This document shows, piece after piece, positions 45,401 to 58,451 of a stretch of DNA of 64,000 nt (position 1 is the first letter of the stretch; each line of letters opens with the position of its first letter). The position numbers and the translations under genes were made by a program. Source of the stretch: Macrostomum hystrix (taxonomy: Eukaryota; Animalia; Platyhelminthes); NCBI GenBank assembly GCA_950097015.1, contig CATNEN010000001.1, forward strand, positions 13,640,001 through 13,704,000, written 5' to 3'. The notes under the pieces were generated by a model. It was not told the DNA's origin, did no database searches, and was given only the letters and a program-made list of their open reading frames with translations.

Positions 45401-47272
45401 AGGACAAAGTAATCGGCTTTGACATGGAGAACTCCACTGAAGATGCTCGGCGACTTCTAAGACCAATCAACGAATCTGTTGTCGCTGTTTTGCGAGGAGT
45501 CTCAGGCAACTGGAAACAGGCTATCGCCTATTACCCTGTTTATCGAACTCTTGGGCATTCGGGCTTTGCTGCTGCTATCGAGAAATGTCTCCGGGCGAGT
45601 CACGAAATCGGCGTTCGAGTGCTGGCTCTTGTCGCTGACCAGGAGACAAAACAGTGGGCATTTCTCTCGCGACTTGTAAGTTATCATTGTTATAAATATT
45701 TTGAATATTAAAAGGAAACATGATATGATTCGTAGTTTTTACAAATAATATTATACATACTGCTTATTGTACCATATACGAGTGTAAGAATTATAGACAG
45801 TGTAGATGGTTTTATTCATCATCTGAATAAAGAAAACTATATATTTTCCAGGTATCGCCATCTGCGCCTTTTTTCCGTCACCCTGTGAGCCTGCAGCCGG
45901 TATACGTGATCGTCGATGTACCGCACTGCCTTAAAAACTCGCGCAACGCTCTCACAAAGAACGACGTGGCATTTGGCGAAAACAAGGTCGCAAAATGGCA
46001 ACATGTGAGGAATTTTACAAAGCCGACAGCAGCCGTTCCCTTCGATTGGCAATTCGACTGAGTGACGCACATATCAATTTACCTCTCGGCCAGAAGATGT
46101 GTCTCAATCGCAGCTCAAGTGCTCAGCCATTCGGTAGCTACCGGTATGCAAACACTGGTTCATCATCGGGAACTGGAGATCAGCGCCTTGCAAAAAGCGG
46201 AGTTTCTACAGCGCGTGAATGACGTGTTCGACATGCTGAACTCAGCGCACTTGTTCGACAAAGGCTTCAAGAAACCAATCTGCCGTGAGTCACTGGATGC
46301 CCAAATCAGTGATCTTCGCAAAGCTAAAGACTTTCTACAGGGCTTGAGGTTTTTGCCTAGGAATGGCAAAGCAGAGAAGTCCACGATGAAGTTTAAAGAG
46401 GCCTGGCGGCTTTCAGTTGCAGCGATACGGGAGCTCTCAACTGCGCTGATCAACGATGAGGGATTCAACTTTGTCTGCACTTGTAGGCTGACTCAAGATC
46501 ATGTAGAGGTGAGTGAGCATTATTTATATCAATATTTTATTTTTATTTCAATATCAATATATTGTTTAGAGTAGAGTTGAAAAACGCACATTAAATTAAT
46601 TGCATTGCAGCATTGTAGCTCGTATCTCATACCAATCAATGCATCCCAGAATCTATTCAGCATCATCAGAGGCCGAAACGGTTATAACGAAAAGCCTGAA
46701 CTGGCAGCATTTATCGGAGCACTGAGGTCTGTGGCAGCAGGCGGACTCGATCGCCCTGATTCTGCAGCGCGGAATTGTGAAGATGACGGGTGCGCGGCTG
46801 CTGTGACAATCGGTTTTGAGTCTGCTTCTGCAAATACTAGTGGCGCATCTCAAATTGGATCTCAGGCGACCAGTGTCGCACCGAAGGCATCGGAGCCAAC
46901 GGAGCCATCAGATCCGATTCTCACTGAAGCCACCGAGTACGTGGGCGGTTTCGTGCTCAAGAGCAGCCGTGTCCTAGCGTGTTGTGCATGCAAAGAGTTA
47001 CTGACTGCCGCTGAGCCTTCAGGTGTGCATTTGAAAAACAGGCTGCACTTGCACGCAGTCAGCGGATTGACGCAGCCGTCAGTCAGCCATTCAAGCGTTT
47101 TCAAAAATAGAAGCATTGTTCGTGTCACATGTTTGCGACCTACGTTTTACGACCAAAAGTTGCTGCGCTGATTACTGCGCTGAAACTTTTCTCTGAAGGA
47201 ATCCGGATGCGGAGCCTGCGAGATGCTGCTTTGAAGCGATGTGCAACTCGAAAACTAAAAAAATTCAACTAA
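42480..47272 (+). pseudogene. P-element/THAP9-like transposase, spliced, frameshifted and interrupted by a LINE
   Basis: THAP finger CCAAGC..HCFP..RWKQ..RVCSLHF; LCFDGM, WKQAIAY, VADQ, DVPHCLKN, FDMLNS and TQDHVE|NLFS motifs; introns 45676-45851 and 46509-46649. Confidence 0.88.
42960..44921 (-). mobile_element. 5'-truncated, diverged copy of the R1/Loa-like LINE (RT C-half and RNase H)
   Basis: Homologous to 14133-~16097; TSD (C)AAACAAATCAGC at 42947-42959 and 44922-44934; multiple frameshifts. Confidence 0.92.
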
Positions 47273-49999
47273 TTTTGATGCGCTGTTTACGATGATACAA
47301 TGAAATGAACATATACGAGCGTATGAACGTTTATTTTTTTAATTTTTGCTTATTTACTCATTTACTCATAAAATTACTCATCTACTCATTTGTAAAATAT
47401 TTTATGCATGTTTTGAAGATCGTAAATAAATAAATAATTTGAAAATATACGAAAAAATTGTTTTAATATATTCAACTATACAAAATTATCTACATTTTAT
47501 ACTTTCTACTGTAAGTACAGATTCGCGCGCATGCAAGCAAAGTTAAAAAAGATTCAAAGAAACATTCTTCTCAAAATATTGTATAAATACACTACAATGT
47601 GCAGTAGAAAACTTAACATAAATTTGTTAATAAATAAGAAGCACCTATTAGAATTGTAAAAGCAATTTTAGCATTAAAAGTTTGTTTAAAATTTTTCTTT
47701 ATGCACTGACCAATCTAAATGTCAATTACTGAATTGCTACTTTTCCGAATTATCTTCAGAATTACCATCTTATTACCATCTTATCTTATAAGTCAAATGT
47801 TGTTATTGAAAATAGCATTAATAACTAATAAAATAATGGCCTAGAAGTTGCCGATTTTTTTTAACTCCGACGTAGCTAAAGAGTCTTGCGGTTCAGCTTC
47901 CGTTTTTTCACTTGTATTTTCTACTTTCGGCTGATAGTGCGAATTTTTTCAAGGGATCAGAAATGTCTGTCTGGCCTTTCTGCGCAATATGCCTTAATTT
48001 GCCTTGTGAAGTGCGCCAAACATAATAACCTTAGCTCTTGAGCTAGTTGAGGTAAGAGAGACTTTGAAACCTACTTGCCGTTGATTCTGAAGCAGTTACC
48101 CACCTTTGTCATTGTCAGAGACATACAATTTATTCTTCACTTTTCTTTCTTTACCTGCGATTTGCCTGCGCTATCTCACCTTTTCGGAATAAAGCAGCTT
48201 GGGTCACAACATTCTAATTTTCTCTTCGATTAATTTCGATGAGGATGTTTTCCTCCATCTGTCTGTTGTTGCTTGTCGCTGCATGAAAATGGAAGCGTCT
48301 TTTTCCAACTTGCTTCGTGGTTGCTTTTGTGTTCTCCCACTGCTGGAAGAGTCCGAAGATGACTAGCTAGTGCTCAGATGTTCTACAGTTCAGATGGGAG
48401 AGATTAGGTGCTGTGCCCTTTTTTCGATTACTAAATTTAACATGGCAAAGACCGAGTCAATGGTGGGCTGCCAAAGAATGCATTCTACGCATTGTGAGAA
48501 TTAGGATATGCTAGTTCGAGAAAAATAAGGTTCAAAGACATTTTTTTCAAGTTAGGACCTAGGAAACACGAATTCAGTGAATAGTACCGGAAAGATAGAA
48601 CAAATTAAATGTTTTTCAATGCTTATCCCAATATACCCTATTCTAATTCACCCGAATGGCATCGATTTAATCGGGAGAAAAGGTACCACTTTCTTACGAT
48701 TAGATCGGTCAGATGGCATGCCAAATGCCACGATGGCAGGTCATTCTTCCGATTAAAAGCCAACTCTATTGAAAACCATTGGGCAGGAATTGGCGCGCAA
48801 GTTAAAACCAGAGCCAAGAAAAGCGAGCAACACACCGATGGCGATATGTAGAAGCAGCAGAGCAGAGTATCAATTTAAATCGCGGCATTATTTGGTTTAT
48901 TCATATTTAACATATAGCCATTTGTCTTTTATAGCCCTATAATATAGGCCCTGAGTGCAATGGTTAGGCTATTAATATCATGCTGTGGACTCAATGTGTT
49001 CATTGAATGTTATTTGTTATTTGGCATTTATTGCTTAATTGAATAAATTGTTAGGCTATATGAGACCTAGCCCTAGCCTAGGCCAAGCCCTGACAATGAC
49101 AAGTGGCAATCAATAGGCCTAGGGTCTTGACTTAAACTTACCTGTGCATTATTCTATTGAGCCTCTTAAGTTAGACCTATAATGTCCTCTTCCTTCTTCC
49201 ATGCTGTCATATTTTTCTAGGATCTAGACTAGACTAGATTAGGCCTAGGCATATGATCAATATCCATTAATCAATAAAATAGGCTATATAAATATAATTT
49301 CCTAAGACTTCATTTATACCATTGCATTGCCTTCATTCATATGTCATAATAATAATGGCAAATGGGCAATTTAGCCAAGCTTTATTAATGAACAATTAGC
49401 TACTCATTTTCTAAATGTTTAGCCTTTAGGTTAGACAAATATATAATATAATAATAGGCCCTAATGCCCTACTAGGCCTATTAGTATATTTTAATTGCCT
49501 AGCCCACAATTTTTATTAGCCAATTTCATAGCCTATATTCCAACTTCCTGTTGTTTTTTTAAATATTATATTAAAGAAAATGTGACTATTTTCTTGCTAC
49601 TTTATCTCTGGCTCTAATAAGTTATAGACTCCTATTTCCTTTATTTTATTTTTTCTTGCTACTTTGCTATATTTGCTTTTTTACTATATTAATCCCTATA
49701 ACCTTCTTATTGCTTTGCCCTCTTGACTTTCTTGTTATCTCTCCTTCTATGCATTTTATACTTCCTAGCTAATTATTAGGCTAGAGCAAAATATTTACTT
49801 TCAAACTACTATGCCATCCTTATCTTCTTATTGCCTTACCTATATTATCTTATTACCTCCACCTTCCTAACCCTTCTTAGGCCTATTGTTATACAATCTG
49901 CTAGATTCTATAATAGCCTCACTTTCTCCACCTTAATTACTGGACTATTCTGTCAAACCTTTTTACTATCTTTACATTCTATGGCTTCTTACTGCCTCA

Positions 50000-50765
50000 T
50001 CCTTCCGACCTTGCTGCCTCGCCTTCCCACTTTGCTGCCTCACCCTTCCTACCTTGCCTAGCCTACCTTTGCCTATCCCCCTTGCTGCTTCACCCTCCCC
50101 ACCTTTTAGCTGCCTTGCCCTCCCCATCTTTTAGCTGCCTCGCCCTCCCACCTTTTAGCTGCCTCGCCCTCCCACCTTTTAGCTGCCTCGCCCTCCCACC
50201 TTTTAGCTGCCTCGCCCTCCCACCTTTTAGCTGCCTCGCCCACCACCTCGTTGCCCCGCCGACCTTGTTGCCTCGTTTCCTCACCTTGTTGCATCGCCCT
50301 CTCCACCTTCTTGTTGCCTCGCCCTCCCCACCTTTTAGCTACCTCGCCATTGCCACATTTTTCGTGCCTCGGCACCTCGCCCTCCCCACCATTTATGTGC
50401 CTCGCCCTCCCCACTTTTCGGCTGCCTCGCCCTCCCCACCCCACCTTCTTGCTGCCCCGCCCTCCCCACCTTGCTGCCTCGCCCTCCCCACCCCACCTTC
50501 TTGCTGCCCTGCCCTCCCCACCTTGCTGCCTCGCCCTCCCCACCCCACCTTCTTGCTGCCCCGCCCTCCCACCTTGCTGCTTCGCCTTCCCCACCTTTTA
50601 GCTGCCTCGCCCCCCCAACTCGTTGCCCCGCCTTCCTCACCTTGTTGCCTCGCCCTCCTCACCTTCTTGTTGCCTCGCCCTCCCCACATTGTCGTTGCCT
50701 CGCCCTCCCCACATTCTCGTTGCCCTGCCTTCCCGCCTCGCTCTTCCCGCCTCTTGCTGCCTCGC
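50000..50765. repeat. Pyrimidine-rich minisatellite (CCTCGCCCTCCCACCTTTTAGCTG and variants)
   Basis: Several perfect 24-bp units at ~50130-50240, then degenerate variants. Confidence 0.9.
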
Positions 50766-50874
50766 AAGACATTCTTACATGGATACATTATTTCATCATT
50801 CATCATTTCTTCTTGGGCTCAGTTTCTTTAGCCTCTATATCTTTCTGATGATGCACGTGTTTACATGATTTCAG

Positions 50875-53282
50875 CAGTGCTAACCAAAAATCTGGGACCA
50901 ATGAAGCAAAATAATTGTCGTCGCGGTCGAAAAGTTAGCGCTTGGTCAGCATTTCTCAAGGCTAAAGGAACTAGTAAGCGACTCGCGTTAGTATAACTGC
51001 CATTATTATTTTAGAGTTTTTTCCTTGCAGCAACGCCTCTTTTCACCATAAATGTTTTTCTGTGAATAATTTTTTTTCGGATTTTTTAAGCGACGCATTT
51101 AAAAATCTGAGCGCTGAGGAGAAGCTAGTCTACGAGAAGTCCGCCAGCGACATGCAGGGTAGAAAGGGTCCGTCCGCACTGGATCTGGAACAAATGGTAG
51201 TTAAATGTTGAAAGCCTTGCTTGTTTGTAGGCTACATAAATCAACAAGTTTTCCAAGCGCTGTTTATTTGCATTAAGCTCATTTCTTCCAGGCACGCATA
51301 TTGTTTGATGACTATCACGTCATCGTAATTGTGAAGAAGCGCGATGGTGCAAATTTTCGGGCATGCGCCTCTCCCGAAGTTTCTGGACTTCTAACTGCCG
51401 AGTATGGATTTCTACAGGCAAGTGGATCAATCATGGAATTAACATATATACCTATTTTCTCGTGCCTTATTCCCTGATTTCCCTGGTATCGCAAATTTTG
51501 GCTTAGTTAAATCGTATTGGTGTGAACTTCCCAGTATCCTAAAATTGAAAATGTACTCAATTTCTATTTTCGCTTGCAGGCACGGTGGAAAGATTTTACT
51601 TTCCAAAAGGGGGTGTACTTACTATCTCGTCTCTACTCACGCACCTTTGCGCTGGCCCCTATTTATGTTTTACTATTTTGTGTCGTGATGGTCCATCTCT
51701 TATCTTTTATGTAAGCTCGAAGAGCAAATATTTGGGAAAAGAGGCCATAGGAAATTCGAAGAGGGATTGTCGTGCAGTGTATTATTTTTCTGCACGGAAG
51801 CAACTTCTTCCTAATTCTGGGCCCGAAAGAAGTTTGCATCTAAATAATGATCTGACTGACTCATAATCAATTTTTACCACATAGCCAGGTATTATTCTAA
51901 ATGCTGTTTTGGAAATTAATGGGACATAAATGGATGTGCCTCATGTTTTTTGGAATCTAATACTGCTGTCTAGCACTGGTGTTTCCGGTTTTAAATATTG
52001 AGGAATGTAATTTTGCTTTCGAAATTTAATTGACTCCAGAAATTTGATCTTCTTTCGGCTGGCCTGGCAAGCGTGCCATCGTCTCGAAAGCCTACCGTCG
52101 ACCATATGCGCAAGGAGGTTCGGGCTGCTGTTCGTTTGGCATATGGTGAGTTTATAACATTTCTCACGGGTCGAAAATTCTAGGACGGGGTCGGATCATG
52201 ACAGGCAGGCCTCAACCGACTTCTACACGCCCCCTGTCCATTGTCTCCGTCTTCATTCCCCAGCTGCACCGGTCCTGGTCCACCGCACTCCTGGCGTCCT
52301 CATCCTCCCCCTCCATCTCTGTCCACCGCAATCAAGACTCCGGGTCCTCCTCACCCATGACTACTCCGCTCGCCGCCCCACATGCCCAAGTGTCTTTCAC
52401 ATTTATTTATCGCATTTATTGACTAAATTAATATTCAAAACTTCTCATTTTGTATTTCACCACTTATTATCAGTTAAGGCCAGAATGGGCGCAAAGATAA
52501 ACTTTAAGCAGCTGGGTGGCGCCTTCTTCCCCAACATAAAGAACCCTGCGGAAATGAATGCTGAAGAACTGAGGGAGGCGTATAACTCGCGGGATAATTT
52601 AGTATTCGTTCCGAGTGCCCAGCCTTTCGGAATCTATCAGCCACCGCCTAGTCAGCGTCCGTCTGGCGTTGGTCATCAACATACTGATGGTACTCCGCCT
52701 TTCGATGCTGCCCAGCAACAGTCCGGTGTGGGTCCGCGGCCTCTCCATGCTGCCCAGCAACAGTCCGGTGTGGGTCCGCGGCCTCTCCATGCTGCCCAGC
52801 AACAGTCCGGAGTGGGTCCGCGGCCTCTCCATGCTGCCCAGCAACAGTCCGGTGTGGGTCCACGGCCTCTCCATGCTGCCCAGCAACAGTCCGGTGTGGG
52901 TCCGCGGCCTCTCCATGCTGCCCAGCAACAGTCCGGAGTGGGTCCGCGGCCTCTCCATGCTGCCCAGCAACAGTCCGGTGTGGGTCCACGGCCTCTCCAT
53001 GCTGCCCAGCAACAGTCCGGTGTGGGTCCGCGGCCTCTCCATGCTGCCCAGCAACAGTCCGGAGTGGGTCCGCGGCCTCTCCATGGTGCCCAGCAACAGT
53101 CCGGTGTGGGTCCGCGGCCTCTCCATGCTGCCCAGCAACAGTCCGGAGTGGGTCCGCGGCCTCTCCATGCTGCCCAGCAACAGTCCGGTGTAGGTCCGCT
53201 CCTGCCCGGTGTTAGTCAGTCATCGCCTCCGTTTCGAGTCATTCCCGTCAACTTAGTTTCCAAGCGATCGCGTCTGCACTGA
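50875..53282 (+). CDS. Spliced gene with HMG-box-like N-terminus and C-terminal 14-aa repeats
   Basis: Short exons bounded by AG/GT encode RKVSAWSAFLKAK (~50930-50970) and AFKNLSAEEKLVYEKSA (~51095-51145), like HMG helices 1 and 3; last exon has the HAAQQQSGVGPRPL repeats. Exon structure only partly resolved. Confidence 0.5.
52705..53198 (+). repeat. 42-bp coding minisatellite, ~12 copies (HAAQQQSGVGPRPL)
   Basis: Unit CATGCTGCCCAGCAACAGTCCGGTGTGGGTCCGCGGCCTCTC. Confidence 0.95.
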
Positions 53283-54809
53283 AGAAATTGTTTCTTTTGA
53301 CAGCTTCTGGCAGTTCTAATGTGTGATGCCAATCCCTATGAAGTTATTCTCTTGATAATTAACCCGCATTTCGTGTTGTACCTGTAATGAGTTTACTATA
53401 TCGGGAAATTAAAATCTGCTGAATGTGCAAAAGTATTCGAACTAGCAATTTCATATCGTCTCAAAGAATTAAAATGTGCGTATTTCGTCCTTAAGCTGGA
53501 AAGTACGATACTCGTAATAAGGCGCTGCAACTCCTGAAGCCAAGGCATTACTCTGAGTTTTACTACTCGTAGAAGAATACGTTTTTATGTCTTCCGTGTG
53601 CATTATTCAGATTTTTTAATTTCAATATTTTGTTCCGTTGCCGTCTTTTATTAAGATTTCAAAAGAAGGACAAATTGAATTTGACGGCGCCATTGTATCA
53701 CATTCATTAAAGCTTTAGGTATTGAGAGGAAATAGTGTTGTTATTCTCATTCAACGTTCTTGCTTGCGCGCCTCCCCCAATCGCCCGCCAAAAAATTGCG
53801 CCCCTCCAACAACGAAACGAAGGAGTCCAACAAGCTCGGTGAATGACGAGCTCCTTTTTAGCCACCTCTTGGACAGGGCATCCACCCACCTAAGAGACAG
53901 GAGCGCCCACCAAGGAGACACGGGCGCCCACTAAGGAGACACGGGCGCCCACCAAAAGTGCTCCGTCGGTCGCGGCTCGGCCGGCGGATCTGCGGTCGTC
54001 GTCGGTCGCGTCTCGGCTGGCGGATCTGCGGTCGTCGTCGGTCGTGGCTCGGCCGGTCGGCTTCGCTACCGTGACTGGCGTTGGCAGCTCCAACGAGGGG
54101 ACTATGCTGTACTAAAGTGCTGTTTTCTTCCTTATTTTTGTAACGGACTGAGATGAAAATAGGGTTGAAAGAAGAACACGCATTTTGCATTGCTGTCATT
54201 TTTATTTTTTCGTGGCGTCCTGGAAGTTAATCGACTCCCTTTCACTTTTAGGAAACTCAATGTCATTCCGATACTCGATGCAAAATCCCTGGTACTTTTA
54301 CATATATTTACATCTAGTTCAATTTCTCAGCACCAGCCGTATGTTTAGTGTTTTACGCGTAGGAACTTCTGCGGACACATGAGCCTTTGGTGTTGCTTCC
54401 ATGGCGCCTTACGAAGCTGCATTTGTAGCGCCAGATAAAAGTTGCTGTAGTTTTAGTTTTAGTTTAAAGCAAAAAAGCTTTTTTATACAAGGCAATTAAA
54501 AAACACACCAACTAAGAAGAGCAAATAAGAAGGCAATGCCGTCTGTACCTCTCGTGAAATCAAATTTTAATATTTATGCGACATACCTATGCAGCGGTTC
54601 AATTCACTAAACGTCCGCCGCTTCTCAACTGCAAGTCGACGCATCTTTTGTAGCCAATCGCCCGTACGCAGAACCGCCGCACGAGCGTCTTCGCGGAGCC
54701 ATTGCTGACCTAGATGCACCAATTGCTCAGTGGTGAAACCTGAAGTTTTTAATAATATAATTATTGGAACCTAGATAATTTTACATATTTGTAAAATATC
54801 ATATACAGC

Positions 54810-57800
54810 CACATATAATATATAACTAGATTGGTCACTCAGTTAATTTTCTCTCACACTACTCTTAGGACCAGCCATCAGTAGTAAAAATAGCCAAAAA
54901 ATAAAATCAAGTTCGAAAATTTTGTAAAATAGTATTTTGATAGCAAGAAACTTGATATGCATGAGCACACTATTCATTTTATTTCTGACATCAATGTATA
55001 TTGTAGTAATTGTAGTATTGTAGTAATTATTGTAGTATGTTCTAATGTTTTTATGCAAAACAGGAGCAAAATTAGCAGTACAGTTAAAAAATACAATTAT
55101 AGCAAGTTTACATAGCAAAGTTAACAAGACAATTACATAACAAAATTACATTCAAAAGGCTACAAGTTCATATGACTCGGGCACTCGAGCTAGAAGTTCA
55201 TATGACAAGTTCACATTAATTTATACATATATATTGCATACATAAAAAACGTTAGAAACAATGCATGTCAGAAAATTGCCACGTTTCAGTCACAAAGAAT
55301 GCAATTTTGTTAATTTTTTTGCCGCACTGTTCTTTGCTCTTTCGGCTCGCAAATTGCGCATTTGTTCTCTGCACCACTGTCGAAGGCGAAGGCAGGCGAA
55401 TCCGGCATACAATTTTTGCTGCACAACAGACTCGTGCAATTTGCATGCTTGCAGCTGAACAGCATTGTCATGAAAATGTGCAACAATTCTTGTTTTAATT
55501 TTCTCTTGCAGCAGCGTCTCTAAGGGAAGGCTTGAAAAAATCACCTCCATTTTTCGGAAAGCTTGCAGGACATTGTTTGAGGGGGTAATCAACCCTCTTG
55601 CTGCATGCTCAAAAGCTTTAAAGCCGATGTGCACTCCTGCAGGAGTGCTCGCCGTCAGTTTTGAGAGGCAATCAGCACAATTTAGGACATGGTTTTTGGC
55701 GAGAACAAAGCCAGCTACGTACTCCAGAGGCTCGTCCAGTTCGGCTCTCGGGTGAACTCGAAGCTTGGCTCTTGCTATAACTGAAGCCACTGATGAGCTG
55801 CAGCGATGGGTTGGGGGCTCCTGCACCTTGTCAGCAGAGGCACTTGCATTCACAGAAGCTAGGAGCTGGCTCACGTTTCCTTCGTCGATTGCAGCTGTGC
55901 ACTCGTCATCCTGGCAGTTCCGGCCTTGTGCAGTTGATTGCACCAGTCCACTTGCGGCGATTGATCGAAGTGCGCTAAGAAATGGTGTGACTTCTGGCTT
56001 GTCGTTGAACCCGTTGTGTCCTCGAACAAGGCTGAAGAGGTTCTGTGTAAATGAAAGCAGCAAGTATAGCACAAAACAAATTTGTTTATTCGATTATGAT
56101 TTTTGGATGATTTAAGTTATTCAGTTACAAATACTACGAGCGTACAATCCGAAATGTTTCAATTTAATAAGAGACTTTTGCTTTTGATTTTTTTCGTAAT
56201 TGACTTATTCGGATCTGTTTTTTGTCTATATTCATATTTGTAAAATTTAAACATAAATTAATGCCGCTCTTCTAAAGGTTAGAAAACTGATAAAAATGCT
56301 CACCTCCACATGATCCTGAGTCAGTCTTCTCGTACAGACATAGTCAAAACCATCCTTAAGGATTAGTGATTCTGCCAGCTTGGAGATCGATGCGATTGAA
56401 GTCAGCCACCCGTCTTTGAATCTCATGGTCGTTTTTGCAGCACGACCACTTAAGGGGTGAAAAATCCAGCTCTCAACAAACTTCTTAAACTGTCTGTCTG
56501 TCGGTAGTGCTTCTTTGGGCATCTCGTGGTGATGGACGAGAGTTTTAATGCCACTGGCAACCGAGTGGCTTAAAACCTGAGCAGCCAACGAGACTTTCAT
56601 CTTCTGGCCCATTTGCAAATTGAAATGGCTGTCATCTAACTTTTTTGCCAATCTCAGATGACGACTGCTGTCAATATTATAGAAGCGGACAATGTGTTGC
56701 CACTGGGCCACCTTGCAACCATTGAATTCGATATTGTTCTTGATGAGAGCGTTTCTCAAATTTTTTAGACAATGGGGTACATCAATGACAACATAAACTG
56801 CTTCCTTTGTAATTGGATGGCATAGGAACGGTCTTTCTGTGCTTAACTGTTTTGATAAGTATGCCCACTGCGTTGTTTCCTGATCCGAAACAATAGCGAC
56901 AACTCGAATTCCTGCATTATGACTGGCTGTCAGGCATTCATCAATAGCGTTTCTAAATCCTTCCTGGCCAAGGGATCTGTGAGCCGGATAATAAGTAATA
57001 GGTTGTCTCCAGTCTCGTCTAACACCTCGCAGTACACCAACTACAGCTTCATTCACAACTTGAGGAAGACACTTGCCACTGTCTGTGGTCTGCTTAGTTG
57101 CAGGATCGAAGCCAACAATCTCGTCGCGATGCTGGTCATATCGAATTGAGGAAGACAGGCTCATGCCATCAAAACAAAGTGTAGCAATGCGCTCATGATC
57201 AGGTGCTGTTGTCATTTTTTCAGAGAAGCAGCGCATAGTCATGCTGCATACACCTGTAGTGCTGAAGAACAGCCGAGTCCGCCTCTTGAGCAAAGATTCT
57301 GACGGAAGAGGTAAAGTCCAGTTGCTCCTTAGCAATCGATAAGCAGCTGGACTCTTGTGCCGCAGTTGTATCGCCGATGTTATGTCTCGGTTGGACCATC
57401 TCATGCCGCTATTACGAACATGTTGATGTTGCTGCTTTATCTTGTTTCGCATTATTCGGCTGGCAATGCTGCTGTCTGATAGTGTCAGTGTCTGGGCTCG
57501 TGCTAGCTGAAGCCTCAGCTTATTTATCGTTGCTCGATGGTTGTATAGTTGCTTTCGCAGTTTTCTTAGTTGACTAGGGTTGGGGTGAAATCGCAGTCGC
57601 AGCGCTCCATCCTTGTTTATGCATGCAGCTGCCACATCAGGTGCCCGCTTCGAAGTATTTGGAGCAGCTGCAGTGTCCTCAGCATCCCACCTTGTTAGTA
57701 CAGGCGGATATAGTTCGTCAGCATCGGCATCAGTCCTTGTTACCTCCAGCTCGCTTTCAGGCTTTAACCGGGGCAGTACTAGCAACTTGTCTGGTACTGC

Positions 57801-58451
57801 ATTCCATAGCAAGCGAGTAGATGCCTCATGACGCAAAGCGGGGCAGCTGTAAGCCGAATCGTCGAAATGTGCACTGCAGACTTTCAACTCGCGCTGTCGA
57901 ATCGCTGTAAGCTCTAAATCCAGCTCCAGAATTCCTTTCCATCGAGTAGCCACCGCGTCATCTGCTGGGAATCTGTGCATTCGCACAGGAGTTCTGGTAT
58001 CGCCAGTGTATGCGTGAGCTGTATTTGTGCAGGTGGCTGCACAGCACCTTTTTGAGCTGAATGTAAAATTATGCGTCGACATGGCCCAGGACAAAGGAAG
58101 GACAAGAAATTGGGCTTGGTCAAATACTCTTAAAACAATTAAGAGAAACGCTACGCTTATATTGAGATTGGTTCACAAGACGCATAGTGCGTACGGCAAT
58201 ATTGAGGTTTCCTTCGCGATATTATTTTTTAAATGGATTTGAATTCGCGCGTCCACAGAGATGTTTAATATGACGTGGCAAGTGCCATAGAATGAAGCTG
58301 ACGTGGCTGAAATAGCCACTGATACGGCTCGTATTTATTCACTGATATTTTTTTGTTGTAATTTGCATTTACACTACCGTCCTAAGAGTAGTATCCATTT
58401 TGCACCCACAGCGAGATGGAGAGTGACCAATCTAGTAATATATTATCTGTG
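54810..58451 (-). mobile_element. P-superfamily DNA transposon with both termini
   Basis: 31-bp TIRs (54810-54840 CACATATAATATATAACTAGATTGGTCACTC; 58421-58451, 2 mismatches) and 8-bp TSD TATACAGC (54802-54809, 58452-58459). Confidence 0.95.
55290..58082 (-). CDS. P-element/THAP9-like transposase (2 exons; intron 56043-56303)
   Basis: THAP domain CCAATC..HRFP..RW..KVCSAHF..AVP; LCFDGM, VSDQ, DVPHCLKNLRN and TQDHVE|NLFS; both exons open, with an apparent in-frame internal deletion near 56500. Confidence 0.9.

Noticed and set aside
47850-48445. Minus-strand coding-like remnant (Ser-rich and basic stretches)
   Set aside because: Multiple stops and no recognisable motif; cannot support a gene call.
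50082-50868. Overlapping Pro/Leu- and Gly/Arg-rich ORFs (also 60598-61152)
   Set aside because: Open frames arise from stop-free low-complexity minisatellites.
53900-54060. Short GC-rich tandem repeats as a distinct element
   Set aside because: Only two to three units of two short motifs, with no termini or TSD; insufficient to classify.
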